A DNA stretch of 64,000 nt from Podarcis melisellensis (Eukaryota). The position numbers and the translations under genes are program-made. Location of the stretch: the NCBI GenBank assembly GCA_964234715.1, contig OZ174276.1; one strand, 5' to 3'. Positions 50,901 through 64,000 of this stretch are shown piece by piece; within the stretch, counting starts at the first letter, position 1, and every line of letters starts with the position of its first letter. The notes below the pieces were generated by a model. The model ran no database searches, had not been told where the DNA came from, and saw only the letters and a program-made list of their open reading frames with translations.

Positions 50901-53900
50901 CATCGCAGGGCTGACTCTGGCTTCCTACTACCCATTAAATAAGGCTGCCTGCCTGTGGCATTTTCCCCTCTTTTGCCCCTCTCCCTCCAAACACTCCCTG
51001 CTGTCCTTTGTCTGCAGGGCTTACTGTGTGCTGCATCTCCCCCTTCATCTCTTTCAGGAGTGTCAGCAGAGGCTGGGGAGGAGGAAGGGCTCATGTATTG
51101 GGGGGAAATTAAATACACAGCCGTGTGGTGGGTTTGTTTTTCATCTCCTCTTTCATATGTGGCCTGTGCAGAAACGAAAGTTCAAGGGGCCCAGAAATAC
51201 ATCTCGGTCTGAATCCTCGGATTTATCCTTCGCCTGCATTATATCACCATAGAGCAACAAAAGTTCAACTTCTCTCAGCAAGTTTTAACCAGTTTAGAAA
51301 CCATTTCCTCTGCCATCAGGCCTGCAAAGAGGGGACTCTTCCAACCTTTAGAAACCACAAGTCACTTCTTCTTGCTGGTAAAGAGAGGCGGGGTGAGGTT
51401 TTCAGCTCAAACTGGATGCGAAGCAAAACAAGGTCTGCTTCATGCAAAGTGAGAACGGAGGGGAGACAGAAGAAAGGCATTTCCAGTTGGCAAGTCATTT
51501 AGCTGCTGTGAAGCGTTTTTTAAAGGGGAGTTTAAAAATTCCTGACATGAAATGCAAGGGGTAACTCTCAATGCAACCGAAGTTTTAAGCAGTAATAAAA
51601 AAGGGCCTTCTTGTTGTGCATTCTCTGAATTGATCTATGCTCATCTCCAAGGCATTCTACCAATATTCGATAACCATCTGTGTCTTAGTATACTATTAAC
51701 CATGTTTCATAGGTGATATAAACAGGTTGGAAAAGTTTTTCAACGTTTTATAGACAAATGATTAAAAATTTCCATTAAACCAAACCAAGGTGATGGACAA
51801 TATTCCATGTGTTATACATAAGAATGAATAGAAATTGACAGTTTTTGGACATCAGTGTGGTGTGGGAGTGGGTGAGGGTGGGAGAGGCTGTTTCCATGAA
51901 TTTCTGCAGGCTCCCGGAAACAACGTTTCTTCCCACTTCTCAACACCCATTCCACTCTTGCAATTGATGCTAATTAACCTTATATAATGCTCCAAGTATT
52001 CTAAGTGCTTCACATACACTATGGCAAATGAATCCTGGACAGCAGGTATGCATTATCCCCCATACTGCAGAGGCTGAGAAATTGCGACTTGCCTAATGCT
52101 ATGCTGTGAAATTATGTCTATTATAAGATTTGAATCAGGGACACTTGCATCAGTTCTTACCTAGGAGGAGGAGCATTTTGGTTTAACTCTACTACCTGCC
52201 TGCTGGTGCTGCTGCGTTAGTTCTGCTTGGCAACCTCAGATGAAAAATAAGCTGATCCAGTTTAGGTGAAATGTTCAGAGTGGGGGGAAGGACACCCCAT
52301 CTATGAGTAGCAGGATAATTTGCACAACGTTAACTATCACAGCCCCATCACTAAGGAGAGATATGCAACTTTAATGAAAATCATCACCTTGCCAACAAAG
52401 GTCCGCATAGTTAAAGCTATGGTTTTCCCAGTAGTGATGTATGGAAGTGAGAGCTGGACCATAAAGAAGGCTGATCGCCGAAGAATTGATGCTTTTGAAT
52501 TATGGTGCTGGAGGAGACTCTTGTGAGCCCCATGGACTGCAAGAAGATCAAGCCTATCCATTCTTAAGGAAATCAGCCCTGAGTGCTCACTGGAAGGACA
52601 GATCCTGAAGCTGAGGCTCCAATACTGTGGCCACCTCATGAGAAGAGAAGACTGCCTCGTAAAGACCCTGATGTTGGGAAAGATGGAGGGCACAAGGAGA
52701 AGGGGACGACAGAGGACGAGATGGTTGGACAGTGTTCTTGAAGCTACCAACATAAGTTTGACCAAACTGTGGGAGGCCGTGGAAGACAGGAGTGCCTGGC
52801 GTGCTCTGGTCCATGGGGTCACGAAGAGTCGGACACGACTAAACAACAACAGGTAGTGGCTTCCCTCTCACAGTGCAGGGCAAGAATTAAACCACAGGGG
52901 CCATGTAAATCATTCCTCCCCTGCTGATTTCTCAAGAAAACAAAACAGATTTTAGAGCAACACAGGCAAAATTGTAGTGGCTAATGACATAGCTTCCCTC
53001 ACCCACCTTAGTGTCACTATTCACGAAGTTAGGAAAATACACCTTGTAAAGCCAGAAAAGTGAGCCCTAAAATCCATCCTTTTAAAAGGAGGTGTTTTTA
53101 TTTCATCAATGCATGCATTTTTATTCTCCTCTTCGGTAAAAAAAGAGGACTTCTAGAGCAGCTTACAAAAATCAGAAATACCGTAAGACAGTCCCTGGGC
53201 TTATGATAGAAAAGACACAAAAGGAAAAAGGGGGTTGGGGGAGGAAGGACGCATTATTTATAAAGAATTGGTTTTTTTTTTAAAAAAAATGCAACTGCAG
53301 CTGCAGCTCTCAATAACAAATGAGTTTGCTTGGGTGAGTGGTATTGATATGGTGCTTTTCTAGGTAATTTAAAACTTTAGCATTCCTCTTTCTGTGTGTT
53401 TCTGACATGACTGAGCACCACTTGAAGGCAGCAAAGAACGCACTGGCTTACCAGGTGGGCTTCAGTCAACAATAAATATAAAGTCAGTAGTGGTGCAGCC
53501 CTGGCCCAAACCCTCAATTTCACACTTCCTATTACCTGCCAATATAAGGACAAAAAATTGCCCCAAGTTGGGACAAACGAAACCAAATAGGAATAATTAT
53601 TCAATGCGTGCTTCATTGCAACTGAAGGTGCAACTTTTAATTTGGTGTGGATTCCACACACTTGCCTTAGATAATGAAATTATACTCACCAACTTCACAC
53701 AAGTAATGAAAGGTGGGGAAGCATCTCTGAAATGTAGGATAGGGATTCTGGGCTTGGGATTTTCCTATGGGGAGAGAAGCACATTTCTTTTTAGCTTGTA
53801 TTCCATAGCTGCATTGCAGCCCACTAAACTGAATGGCATAATTCCTGGCCTAATTTGGGTTCTGTGATCGCGAACTGCCCTGTGCGCTACAGTGGCTCAC

Positions 53901-56900
53901 ATGCAACAATTTAGTTTTGCTCTCCTAAGCTTATCCTCACCAGAGCTAAGTGGAAATACTCCTATTTCAAGGACTGCCATTTTGAGATGAAGCAGCATTT
54001 AGGGCTCCTACCCCCCCACCAAAGATATAAATTATACCCCCATAGATATCTCACTTTCCTCAAAATATTGTTTTAGCCTCTGCATATGAAGTCCTGGTCC
54101 CTCATTAAGCAGGCATCAAATTCCCATTGATGCCAGAATGAGCAGAATCCAGCCCCAGAAGCAGCATTCTTCCTTTAGCTGGCCTAATTTATTGACATAA
54201 CAGAAGCTAATTCACAACCTACCTTCTCTCCTCCCACAAAAAAACCCCAGTTTCCCCTCTTCTACTGTATTAATTTTACAGCCTCCCATTCAGGGTAACT
54301 GTCTGGCAAAGAGGAGGAAAAGCAACAGGAACTGGATTTCCTAGTGGGAAATGTTCTGTTTAGAAATTTAGTTTTGCTTCTCATTCTTCACCATTCTGTA
54401 TTTCTAAGGCAATCTTTTCATTCTGAATAGTTCATTCTCTTCTGACTATTCACTCTCACCCAAGATGACAGCCATTCATAAGGAGAGTGAAGGCTGCCAG
54501 CTAGTGTTCAGGAACGGGACAGAGAGCCCTTCATTCTACTATGGGCCACCGATTTGGTAACAAACCAAAACCTCCATTTCTTTGTAAGGTTGTTTAGAAA
54601 GCTGCGCTAAGCCGGCCAATAATCTCAAATCAATGTTCATATTACAAGATGAAATATCAGCTTGCATGGATGTCCCCTTGCTTGCCAAATGCGCTGTGGG
54701 ATCTGTTCCCATCCTGCAGCCCTTCTCAGAATCTAGCTCACGTCTAGGATCTCATGGGCTTAGAATCCTTAGAAACCAAATGTCTCTTAAAAAAAAAAAA
54801 AAAAACCCCACCATCACCACCACCTCCCGCCTCAAGGTTTCATGACTGGCAAGACCAGCTTGAAAAAAATATAAGCAGTTTCTGCTCGAGTTTAGAAACA
54901 GGAGCCATGTGTTTCTTTCTAGTAGCTGAGATGATTCCCCCCCCCCCTTTTCAAATCTATCACAAAGCATCCTACCATTTCCTTTTCTACTTCAACAGCT
55001 AAGGGGCTGACATATAAATCCAAATTCTACAGTGGTTCCCAATTTTGCAGCCCAAATAAAGCAGGCAACATAGAGAATTTTAGCAATATATCCCAATTTG
55101 TATATTTAAATGCAACAGCAGTTACATTTTCGGACTTTGTATATTTTGATCCAATAGCAATTACATCTTCTGACTGCAACATTTATGCTTCTCCGTGCAG
55201 GATTTGCAACTTCTCTCACAACAACTATATTAAGAGTTAAAGAGCTGATGCATTTTTAGACATTGTTCCTCCACAGTGATTAGACAGAAATTCAGAACAT
55301 GCATTTATCAGGACAGCTACCAACCTTAGATTCTTCATAAGTATAAAATCCTTTTGAGATTTTATTTGTATCCACATCACAAAATGCAGCCACCTAAAGG
55401 AGACCAGAAAGGAAAACAATTAGGGCAACTGTTGATCAAGTGCTATTTAGCAACGATGGAGATACTGAACCTATTTCATTTAATTGTTGCACACATCTGT
55501 GCAACACTACCAGACTGTTTTAATAGTAATACAAAACAACAGTTTCATAATAAGTGAGCGTGAATCACAATGAGCAATAATGTCCTTGTATACAAGAGTC
55601 ATGCGGCAATGAGCATATTTACTTGGATAATGTAAGCAAGTCTAGAGGCAGGGGTGTCTGTATGTGTTTAAAATTAAAATTAATGAACCAAGCTATTTCC
55701 TCCATGCTGTTGCCAGGTCCTAGTGAAAGACTACATGTAAAACACAGTACAAGTTAAGACTACAATGATGGACAGTGATGACTTTATTTCCTGGCCTTTA
55801 AGTTATTTTAACTATTGCCCAAATGTCAGAGACCATACACACAGCGCCCCTACCAAGTTGCTAAAAATGGTCAAGATCAACAAAATTTCTCCTTCCATAC
55901 ACTGTTCCCATGGGCATCTATGCCCAGCTTAAAGTGGCCACTTTAGCAGTTTAAAATCCATCTGCTAGCAGGATGGAAGATTGATGAGCTCTCAACCCAG
56001 AGCCAAGAATATTAGAAAATGTATTCTGAAAAAAAGCAAAACCAAGGAAGCCACATCTATCGGTGGAGAGAATAAACTGTTTCAACTTAAAGTTGGTTCT
56101 ATCAAAATCGTATCAATTTATTGAAAGCATTTGTATATTCGCCTTTCTGGGTTTTGCTTTTTTTTTTAAGCACACACAACTTACAACGAAACAGTAAAGC
56201 GATTAAGATGGTGTGATAACTCCAAGATGGAACATGATGTTTTTGCAGAATCATACAGGGATCTACAAAAAATGTTTAGTAATGCAGTATTTATAGATCA
56301 GGCTAAACGAGCAGTGTAATAAAGGGTGTTAACAGCCCAGTGGCGTAGCGTGGGGGGGGTGCAGGGGGGGCCGGCCGCACCAGGCGCAACATCGGGGGGG
56401 GGGCGAGCTCGCACTCGCAGCTCTCTGCCCCTACGTTTCCACGGGTTAGGGGGCGCAAATTACTTGCCTTGCCCCGGGTGCTGACAACCCATGCTACGCC
56501 ACTGTAACAGCCATCTCTGAAGTCTTGCTTTGCCATCTAGGCTTGCATGTTTAGTATTTATTCACTCAATTTTTTACCTTATTTATTGCTGTAGGTCTGA
56601 CCGAGAAGATGACTTATAATAAAAACCAGAAAATAATGAATATAGAATGCAAATAGTGGTGTGTTTGGTTAAGGTTTGTAGTACCTGAATAAATAACAAG
56701 AAACTCCCTTTTGACACAGGTGAAAGAGAAGCCTCCAATTTCTATAGAGTTTTGCCTGGATTAATGGTGCACTTTTTTTTTAAGGGCCAGCACTTGTGAA
56801 ACACATCATTGTTATTCCCATTTTCACATAGGAAGAACTGAGGCTGAGAGATCAACTTGGCCACAATCCAGGCCTCCCAGATCCAATTTACAAAACTGAA

Positions 56901-59900
56901 GCTAGAGCACTAATATTTGGCATAACATTGAAAAAACCAAAAACCCAACATAGCACTTGATGAATATTTCTGTCAGTAAAAAGAAGTGAAAGCAACCTAC
57001 AATACACAATCAAATGTATGAAAGTCTAAATATGAGGCCTCTGTATGCATAATTTTCATTCTTTGGTAGCACAAAAACTGTTTAAAATAGTGCACAAACA
57101 GTCTCGGAATAGGTACTTACTGCACTAACCTATATCCCACATGGGTGGTCTAGTCTTAAGATGCTTATTTTTGTGCCATCACTATTTACCTTTTAATTAG
57201 AAGGGGGGAAGAGTCATGTAGCAAGAATTTATGCCTAATTGTTTATGCAATAAACAGAACTCTGGTTAAGGGCTTACACAAACTGCTAACTTGAAAATAC
57301 TAGGATTGATCTATACACTTTATTTATTTCACTCCCATCAGTAGGTCCCTATGTCTTTTATGAAGACTGCATGAAGTATTGCATAATATATACCAAGAAG
57401 GCAAATGTTCTAACAATCAGAAAAACACAATATTCCAGGGAAAGGGTCATAATTCCACAGCTCTTGCAATGCCTATATGATCTCATGTTGAGTGAAAAAC
57501 GGTGTCTGGTATATTGAGCAGACACTGCTCTTGGCAGACACCAATGAGCTTGACTGCCTCCGGACAACTGCAAAATCATCTGAAATAGCCATGCTTTTTT
57601 TGGGGGGGGGGGGAGGGAGTGGAAACCAGGATTCTAAATCAGAGACAGGGAACCTTTGGTACTTCTGATGTTATTGGATTATAGTTCCCATCATCCTTGA
57701 CTATTGGCCATGCTGATGGGAACTGGAGTGCAGCAGCATTTGAAGGGGACCAGGTTAGCAAACTGTCTGCTGCAGAAGAAACTACCAACTACTGTATGGC
57801 CATGTTTTCTTATTGCCCAGTCCAACTTCCTTCATCTCCCCACCCCTTTTGTTTGATGCGGAAGGATTCGGGAATCAGGTACATATATATGCGCATGGAA
57901 ACCCAGGCTCCATGTGCACTAGCTGCTCTTGAGTTCAGTTGAACTCTTCAGCCCTTCAACATAACTGCACGAAGATCTTAAGAGTAGCTGGTTGCCTGTG
58001 TTGGGGCCAGAGCTTGCGTAGATACCTTTGTGCATTTGGGCAAAAGCCCAGGAAGTGTGTACAGCATTTCCAGTCCTTCTGATATGCATTATTTTATCCA
58101 TAAACTCACAGAATAAACTTTACACAAGTCTGAAAAAAATCCAATTGTATAGTATCTCCAGTACAGAAAACTTTATGGACTTGCACGTTCCCATATGTGT
58201 AGCCTATGTTGCTTATGTTGTGCTTTTCTCATTAAATCTGCTTGCGTTGAATCAATAAGGGGAATAAGCTCATAAAAGTAACCCAAACATTCATGATGCT
58301 GAGGCTGGACTGACAAGCAAAAAGCAGACAAAACAGACCCTTTAAGCATCCAGTAAAAATCTGGGTTTCTATCTACAGCTGCAACCTTGAGGTGAATCGG
58401 ATGTGTTTTTTTAAAAACAAAAAGGGTCTGTTCAGCTTCACTCTTGCAGAAATGTTATAACTTTGCCCTGTCAATCCCTTGAATCTGAGAAAGGTACAGC
58501 TAGGAAGCTGGGCTTCCTTAAAACTGCTCCGACATGAAGCCCATAAAACTGAACGTTAAAGCAACACTCCATGGCATTATGTAGGTTGGTCCATGAAAAT
58601 GATCCCCAGTTAACGGGGTGTGGGAGACAAAGGTGCCCTGTCTTCCAAGGTGTGTCTTTTGTAGTGTTTGATGTGGGTGGGGAGCAGGTTGATTCCTCCT
58701 GTTGTTGTTCAGCAGGGTCTTCAAACTAGAGTTTCTTCTCCTATCCAGGCTACCCTCAGACATGAAAAGGCACGTACACAGCCACCAGTGCGCAATGGGA
58801 TGGGTGTTTACATCACTGAGCAGCTGTAAAATATCAGGATTGTTGAATTCATGATGCATTCCAAAAAAACCGTCCTACTATTTATACTGAGCCATCAAAA
58901 TCTTCATGGTCAGCTGCCCAGCATATGAATGTCAGCATGGGGTAGCTTCCAAATAAATGCATAGTGCTTGACAAAGGAGCAAACAAAACAAAAACAACCC
59001 CTTGCACCTTGTCATTTGCAACCTTGATGTCAACAGAGAGAGGGAAAAGGCAATGATAAGGGATTACGGATAGGAAGAGCCAAGGACAGCCAAACCCAAA
59101 CCAGGAGTTCTGTGACTGCTGGACTCTTGTCAGAGGAAAGACCCAATGTATTTGATCCAATAAGAACTTATGTGCTTCAGTTGGAAGCACCTAAGTTCTA
59201 ACATGCACTGGACTCTTCTGAAAGCTCAGTACCCTGCAGATCTCTACCACTGAGCACAAAAAGCTAATCTCACACACATGTGAGTGGTTGCACTGACCAG
59301 AAATCTAGTGAAATGCTCTCCTGTTTAGACAGTTACATGTTAGGGAAGGAGGTGTGTGTCGTAAGCAGTTTCCCTTAAAAAGCTGCAATAAAGGAAACCA
59401 TCAAAATAAAACAACAATCAGAAATGTAAGGGTTAATGCTGCCAGCTGTTTTCCATAGCAAAATAAAGTAGAAAGAAAAGAGACTAATTGCAACCTTGAT
59501 ACAAGCAAAATAATATCTTGGCCTTAAGTGTTGCCAAAGCAAATGTTATGCAAAGGTCAGCTTGGAAGAATGTCAGCATCTCAGTTAATCAGAGCCACAC
59601 CAGCACTAGGAAGAGCTTCTCCATTTTGTAATAAGGGGAAAAGCTGACTCGCCTGATGGCGAAACACCACAGACAGCTGCATCATTCTGTTCTTGCACCA
59701 CGGCTTCTCTCAGTGGGTGGCAACCTTGAGTTTCTAGCATGAGGTTCTATAAATGGCACAAAAGTTTATCAGGGACTAAGAAGCCAATTGCAAGCCAAGT
59801 TTTGGAAGTTGTATCTTGCTCACACCAGTGAGAATTTCAGCCAATAAGCGAGGGGGCTAAACAAGCAACAGGCTGGAAAAAGAGGTCCCAGAGGCTGGCT

Positions 59901-62310
59901 TGCTGTGTCCAGAGGTCTTGCCTTGTGTAAGACTGAATCTCCATCCCCACCCACTGTCTCTGAAACAATTGCATCAGCTGGAATCCAAGATAAATGAAAG
60001 CAAATCAGGGGATTTTGTAGAAGGCATTGCACAACGATGGAGGAAAATGATGAAATTTCCATAGCAACGTCAAACCATTTTGCAAACTGCACTCAAGTGA
60101 CTATGGTGACTCAATATTCTGGAGTGCACAGACTTCAGTCAGCTTTAAAAAGTAGTAATCATTTGCATGTGTCCAGAACTTAAGCTTCTCATGTTGGCAA
60201 TAATCCACTCAATGCTAAGTTTACAGTGAAGGAAGGTGGCCTTGCAAATAAAGTACTGAACAAGCATTCAGGAGAACTGGGTTCACGTGCAGCTTCCACA
60301 GAACACAAGCGAGAAGCTGGGTCCAACTGCATATTCCCTCACTGCAATTTTCACAGATTCCAGGTGATGACATTGCTTTTGAGAGTTTATCCGAAACTGA
60401 GTTTCAGCTGACATCCGGAAAATGTACGGAAGTATGCTTTCTTTGTCACTAAGAGGTGGGAAGTGGATATTCAGAAGCAGAATATTCTACAGTCTGGTTC
60501 GTTTTCTGGATAAGGGGTGCTGTAAGTCGCATCTAGCTTGCACAGAGCAGGATAGAAATGCATGTATGTTTATCTCCTACCTCTTCCTTCCAGACACTGC
60601 CTTGGGAGGCATACTGCTATAGCGGTTTTCAATCCCTTACTATATACAGTGGTACCTCTGGTTGCGAATGGGATCTGTTCCGGAGCCCCGTTCGCAATCA
60701 GAGAGGAATGCAACCTGCGTCTGCATGTCTGTGTGTTGTGATTTGCCGCATGCGCGTGACATCATTTTGAGCGTCTGTGCATGTGCAAGCGGCAAAACCC
60801 GGAAGTAACCCTTTCCGGTACTTCCAGGTCGCCGCGGGACACAACCTGAAAACTCGCAACCTGAAGCAAACGCAACACGTGGCATGACTGTACAGTGGTA
60901 CCTCAGGTTACGAATGCTTCTGGTTATGCACGCTTTGGGTTACAAGCTCTGCTAACCCGGAAGTAGTTGCTCCTGGTTGTAAACTTTGCTCCAGGATGTG
61001 AGCAGAAGTTGCGCGCCAGAGGCGTGCGCACAGCAGGAGGTGCCATTAGCGAAAGTGTGCCTCAGGATAAGAATGATTTCAGCTTAAGAATGGACTTCTG
61101 AAACGAATTAAGTTTGTAACCAGAGGTACCACTGTATGCTTTTATTCACATGGTTAATTATGATGAAATCCTAGTAAGGGCTATATGATTTGATTTAAGT
61201 ATTTCTTACAATCAGACCTTTCTACAGATGACCAATGGCTGCAGGCAGGACTCCTGTCTTTTAAAATGTTTTATATAGTGTTGAACATCTTTATGCACTA
61301 ACTACCCTACTTAATAAAAATAATAATATAATCCATGAAATTACAGACTCAATGCACTGGTTGTTGTCTGCTTTCAGGGCCTGGTTTCCAATGCATTTTA
61401 ACTCCAGTTAATGACAATACATTATTCTCTGTTAACTAAATCTGTCTTGGCGAAATGTGCAGTGCCGCACTTTATGGGCTGTATGTGTCCTTTCCGTTGC
61501 CTGGATGGGTGGTCTCAGGATTGCTGATTAAACAGGTTATCATGTCTTCTTTCTCATGCTTTCTCTCTGCATTTGTTTGGGAGTGCATTAATGGTTCAAG
61601 GCTAGTTACAGGGGGGAAAGTCATTTGATTCTAGCAGGGTTGCTTCCAGACAACCTGTTTATTGAACGTTTGTCCTGATTTGTTTGCAGGGAGATTAAAC
61701 AAAGTTGGCTATTTATTGAGCATTATTCTGCTCTGTTCCCGGGAAGGCATCAAAGCAAGCAGTGCTATTTTTCTAGAAGTGTGTGCTCTCTCACACAAAC
61801 ACATGTATAGACACAGCTTGCACCTGTGTTCAGTGTTCACATGTGAGCAAGCCTACAACTGCAATCATGGTGCATGTTTGAAAGGGTAACAAGTCACACA
61901 TAAACAAGACAACCTGAAACAGCATGGCCAGCTTCACCCAAAAGTATCTTTCATGGGGCATTTAGAATGACATCTCGTCTCAGCTATGCCATTTTGAAAC
62001 CAATTTTAGCATTAAAAAAACCCCACCAGCAGTGCAAATATGGCTATGTATTTCTTCACACCAAGATAATAAGTGGAAGAATGAAACTTAAGTAAATGGA
62101 TATTAAAATATATGGCAGCAAGAACGAACATTTATTAAGCGGCATTCATGTGTGCATTTTCCTTGTAAACTCACTTTTTTCTGATTGGCTGGAGTCAAAC
62201 TCCTAAAGAGCTTCCTTCCCTGTTTGCCAGCATTCCAAATGGTGAAGGAAGTCCACCGACTGAGGATTCTCTCTTCCAGAAACAAGACACGGTGTGTCCA
62301 GATGGTTTCC
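44880..62310 (-). CDS. B3GNTL1: B3GNTL1 / QTGAL (GT2-family glycosyltransferase, queuosine-tRNA galactosyltransferase), last four coding exons; the gene continues right of the window
   Basis: Four GT-AG exons join in frame to a peptide with B3GNTL1 motifs [27 protein letters not shown] and DLTGG.FE.NL. The tail-to-tail synteny with TBCD matches human 17q25.3. Confidence 0.96.
45667..45783. mobile_element. Palindromic hAT-like MITE (right TIR missing)
   Basis: CAGCGGTTCTCAACCTGTGG start; perfect 36-bp inverted arms 45688-45723 and 45748-45783. Confidence 0.85.
49752..50116 (-). mobile_element. Sauria SINE (reverse)
   Basis: (AAAGGT)n tail on the left; CACAGCGCCACC head on the right. Confidence 0.93.
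50200..50347. mobile_element. hAT MITE
   Basis: TIR CAGAGCTTTGCAAACT...AGTTTGGAAAGCTCTG; perfect TSD GGTCAGAT. Confidence 0.9.
52381..52851 (+). mobile_element. BovB (RTE-clade LINE), 5'-truncated copy
   Basis: Translates to [47 protein letters not shown]...[12 protein letters not shown]...[10 protein letters not shown] with one in-frame stop; (AAC)n tail. Confidence 0.95.
53690..53764 (-). CDS. B3GNTL1: B3GNTL1 exon: [25 protein letters not shown]
   Basis: Minus strand catag|GAA...TTG|gtgagt, 75 nt. Confidence 0.95.
55325..55393 (-). CDS. B3GNTL1: B3GNTL1 exon: [23 protein letters not shown]
   Basis: Minus strand tttag|GTG...AAG|gttggt, 69 nt. Confidence 0.95.
56338..56504. mobile_element. 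hAT (Tip100-like) MITE
   Basis: TIR CAGTGGCGTAGC...GCTACGCCACTG; perfect TSD TAACAGCC. Confidence 0.92.
60647..60890. mobile_element. Family B MITE, complete
   Basis: TA-CAGTGGTACCTCTGGTTGCG...CGCAACACGTGGCATGACTG-TA. Confidence 0.88.
60893..61134. mobile_element. Family A-related MITE directly abutting the previous one
   Basis: TA-CAGTGGTACCTCAGGTTAC...GTAACCAGAGGTACCACTG-TA. Confidence 0.88.
62175..62310 (-). CDS. B3GNTL1: B3GNTL1 exon: [45 protein letters not shown]
   Basis: Minus strand ctcag|G GAA...AAA|gtgagt, 136 nt; within ORF 62103..62342. Confidence 0.96.
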
Positions 62311-62754
62311 CTGAGAAATAGAGGGAAAGAGTGAGAGACCAAGACTCATCTTCAGTGAGACACAGTGCATTCCAAAGACACTCGCACAGAAAACGGACCA
62401 GCAACATTGCCAGAGGAGCCGAAAGCTGTCACCAGGGAAACATTTTCCTTGTGTAAATAGTAAACTCGATGTCTCTGGGAGATGAAGACTCTCCACATGT
62501 AGGTTTTAGGACATGATCAGCCCATGCTGCTCAGATCATAGGAACATGAAGCTACGAAATAGGTTACAATTAAGACCATTAAAGCTGCCAAAAGTTGAAC
62601 AAAAGGAATGGGAGGATGCCCAAGGCATTCTTTGCTCCAACTTGGATGGATGGCCACCAGGCATTGTATATAAGATGTCCTGAGCTGTCTGGGAGAGTGA
62701 AATATCTGACATAGATCACACCAAGGAATTGATACGCTGCACTGGTTCTTTTAA

Positions 62755-62927
62755 GAGCCATTGCTCAGTTGTAAAACATCTGCTCTGCATGCAAAAGGCC
62801 CCAGACTCAATACCTGGTCTTTGCAGAGAAGGCTGGGAAAGACCCCTGCCAGAGAGCTGCTGTCAGTTAGCGGAGGCAATAGGGAGCAAGAGGTTTGACT
62901 TGGTATAAGGCAGCTTCCTATAATCCT
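62755..62927 (+). mobile_element. tRNA-derived SINE (Squam3-like), decayed
   Basis: A/B-box-like head GCCATTGCTCAGTTGTAAAACATCTGCTCTGCATGC; tail TATAAGGCAGCTTCCTA. Confidence 0.65.
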
Positions 62928-64000
62928 AAGGAATATACCGTACTGAAAATGTTTCTTTTTTTAAGAAAAGGAAGCTAAATGCAACACAACTGAAATTAAA
63001 AATAGTTAAGAGGGGAAAACACCCTATTGACCCGAACCAAAATATAATCATAAAATTCTGTAAACCCTAAGCACAAATGTCAAATGCACAAAAACTTACG
63101 TTTCTCGGCAATGGGTTGTTGTTTCTAAATTAGCACTGTTGTCAAGTATTATTAAACTGACACCAATATCTGTCTGTGAGATGTTGGTGGAATATAACTG
63201 AACAGGATTTCATTCCATGAGAGAGACCATGGGGATTCCATTCAGCACCCCCCAACTTGAGGTGTTTTGTAATTGCTCTTTCTTTAAGTGCTCAAATGCG
63301 GCAGAACTAATTGGACCATGTATTTAAAAACATGCTCTTTCCCAGGGCTAGTTTTGCACAAGTTAATACTCTGCGTGTTTTCTGGAACTTAATGGGTGTC
63401 TGTTTTATAAGGTGATCCTTAAGAAATCTAAAGGCATTTCAGAAAGGAAAACCAAAAAACAAGGGGGGGGGGCTTCTAATACTTGGTCTTCTGCTCATAC
63501 GTCTGAAAAGTTGTTTGTTTTCCCCATAAACTGCAGTGTGCAGCAGTGCACACATACAACCCCGCCACCCCATCTCTGAACACACTCAACACTCAAATTC
63601 TCAGAAAAATCTCTTTTTTATTTAGGAAATATATAAGAACTGATAATCACAAAGGGCCTTAGAGCTAAATTTCCTTTCACCCCCGAATCGCACTTCCCTT
63701 CCGTCCTCAGTTGTTGCTCCCTATATTGTGTTATCAAATGGAAGACACGGTTCTTAGTCTATTAAATATGTGTTCAAGAAGTGAAAGGATAACACAGTCG
63801 TAATGGAATAAATATGACAGAGGAACAAACACAGATAGACAGTTTTGTGATGGTGGTGGTTTGGTGTGTATGCATATACTGTGTGTCTGTGTCTGTGTGT
63901 GCACACGCACGCATGTGAGAGGGAGAGTGTGAATGATGGGTTGAGGCTGTGGTGCAGTGCGAGGGGCCTTCTATGTTCTACCACATTTTGGGATATGAAG

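Noticed and set aside
52337-52849. 170-aa minus-strand ORF
   Set aside because: Antisense frame of the BovB fragment.
62755-62830. tRNA gene
   Set aside because: The decayed tRNA-like head continues into a SINE body, and there is no intact cloverleaf.

Overview
This is vertebrate genomic DNA, and the repeats (Sauria SINEs, BovB, a Squam3-like SINE, Tigger-like and hAT MITEs) point to a squamate, probably a lacertid lizard. It holds the 3' ends of two convergent spliced genes, both recognised from remembered human protein sequences rather than a database search. (1) TBCD (tubulin-specific chaperone D), + strand: 23 coding exons from 3550 to 42985, equivalent to human exons 17-39. They join in frame to 2013 nt (670 aa + stop), and all introns are GT-AG. 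(2) B3GNTL1/QTGAL (queuosine-tRNA galactosyltransferase), - strand: the last 4 coding exons, 62310 down to 44880. The introns are dense with non-autonomous DNA transposons, SINEs and LINE 3' fragments. Nearly all entries in the ORF track are spurious. There is no CRISPR array, prophage or operon, and I cannot establish a new system from sequence alone. The best leads are RNA-processing hypotheses: an inverted hAT pair flanking a 1554-nt stop-free, frame-closed exon block (circRNA candidate), a recursive-splice-like AG|GTAAG exon start, a MITE-created acceptor giving an alternative TBCD C-terminus, potentially overlapping 3' UTRs, and several long hairpins.
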